Shown piece by piece: positions 63,400 through 64,000 of a stretch of 64,000 nt of DNA. Within the stretch, counting starts at the first letter, position 1. Every line of letters begins with the position of its first letter. The notes beneath the pieces were generated by a model. It searched no databases and was not told where the DNA came from. It worked only from the letters and a program-made list of their open reading frames with translations. Source of the DNA: Chrysomallon squamiferum. Its lineage: Eukaryota; Animalia; Mollusca. The stretch spans positions 26,722,001 to 26,786,000 of the forward strand of contig CM022665.1 of assembly GCA_012295275.1 (NCBI GenBank). Direction: 5' to 3'. Both the position numbers and the translations under genes were made by a program.

Positions 63400-63445
63400 T
63401 ATTTTTCATGCTGGAGTGTTGTTAAACATTCTTTTATCCATTCAA
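63400..63445 (+). mobile_element. SINE 3' tail remnant
   Basis: gctggagtgttgttaaacattc matches the tail at 62120-62141. Confidence 0.4.
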
Positions 63446-64000
63446 TCTGAAGTGTTGAATTGCAGTATTGTAAGCCATGACTATTGTATGTCAGGTATGA
63501 AATTTGGTGGTCTTGCGTTTTCCAAGCAGTTAGCATATTTTCAGCAGATTTCCTATGTAACTGTTTCCATTCATCTGTCTGTATATTGTTTTTGTTTATT
63601 AAGTTTTATATAAATTTGCCTTTTTTTTTTCTTCCTATTATTTTCTAAATTTAATTTAATTTGATTACTATTATTTATTATTATTATTATATTTGTGATA
63701 TATGTAACACCCCAAAAAATGTTTTATGGGTTTACTCTTTCTCTTACTTGAATATATCGGTTTCTTTTATTTATTTATATATTTTTTTTTCTTTTCTTTT
63801 CTTATCAGTTTATATTAGAGAACTATATTTTATCATTGTAAAGAAGATTAAACATCTTACTTTCTGTACAGTAATTATTTCATAGCAGTTCTGTGGAGAT
63901 TGACAGTAATTGCATGGCCATATTTAGAAACTTATTAAACTAAGCTCAAGCAAAAAGATGTAATTACTGATAGAGATCGATCTTATTAGCAATCACAATA

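Noticed and set aside
56362-64000. HIF-alpha PAS-A exon
   Set aside because: No LEGF/LDGF-type PAS sequence found with splice sites; exon 3 presumably lies beyond the window.
1-64000. CRISPR arrays, operons or other prokaryotic systems
   Set aside because: The sequence is spliceosomal-intron-containing animal DNA, and its repeats lack repeat-spacer structure.

Overview
AT-rich, intron-rich animal genomic DNA. It is most likely a mollusc or other lophotrochozoan, inferred from the HIF-alpha N-terminus and the SINE-like fragments. The window holds two head-to-head genes. (1) A complete YLPM1/ZAP3 orthologue on the minus strand (ATG 26189 to stop 2621). I reconstruct it as 20 phase-consistent coding exons, about 1669 aa, with Pro/Gln/Gly-rich and RD/RE regions, a P-loop kinase-like domain and the C-terminal PP1-docking KKRVRW motif. 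(2) The 5' part of a hypoxia-inducible factor alpha gene on the plus strand: a 23-nt coding exon 1 at 30090-30112, a 26-kb phase-2 intron, and the bHLH exon at 56162-56361. I found no PAS exon in the window. The 3.9-kb spacer retains CpGs and carries CRE, HRE, ETS and CCAAT motifs. Introns hold hAT and Tigger-like MITEs, SINE fragments, tandem repeats and microsatellites. The best leads are: a SINE-derived candidate poison exon in YLPM1 that an inverted SINE could pair with; a possible spliced transcript running antisense from the HIF promoter with a small secreted-looking Cys-rich ORF; an AUG-UGA start-stop just before the HIF start codon; and a 3'UTR intron in YLPM1. All of these are sequence-only hypotheses that need RNA data.
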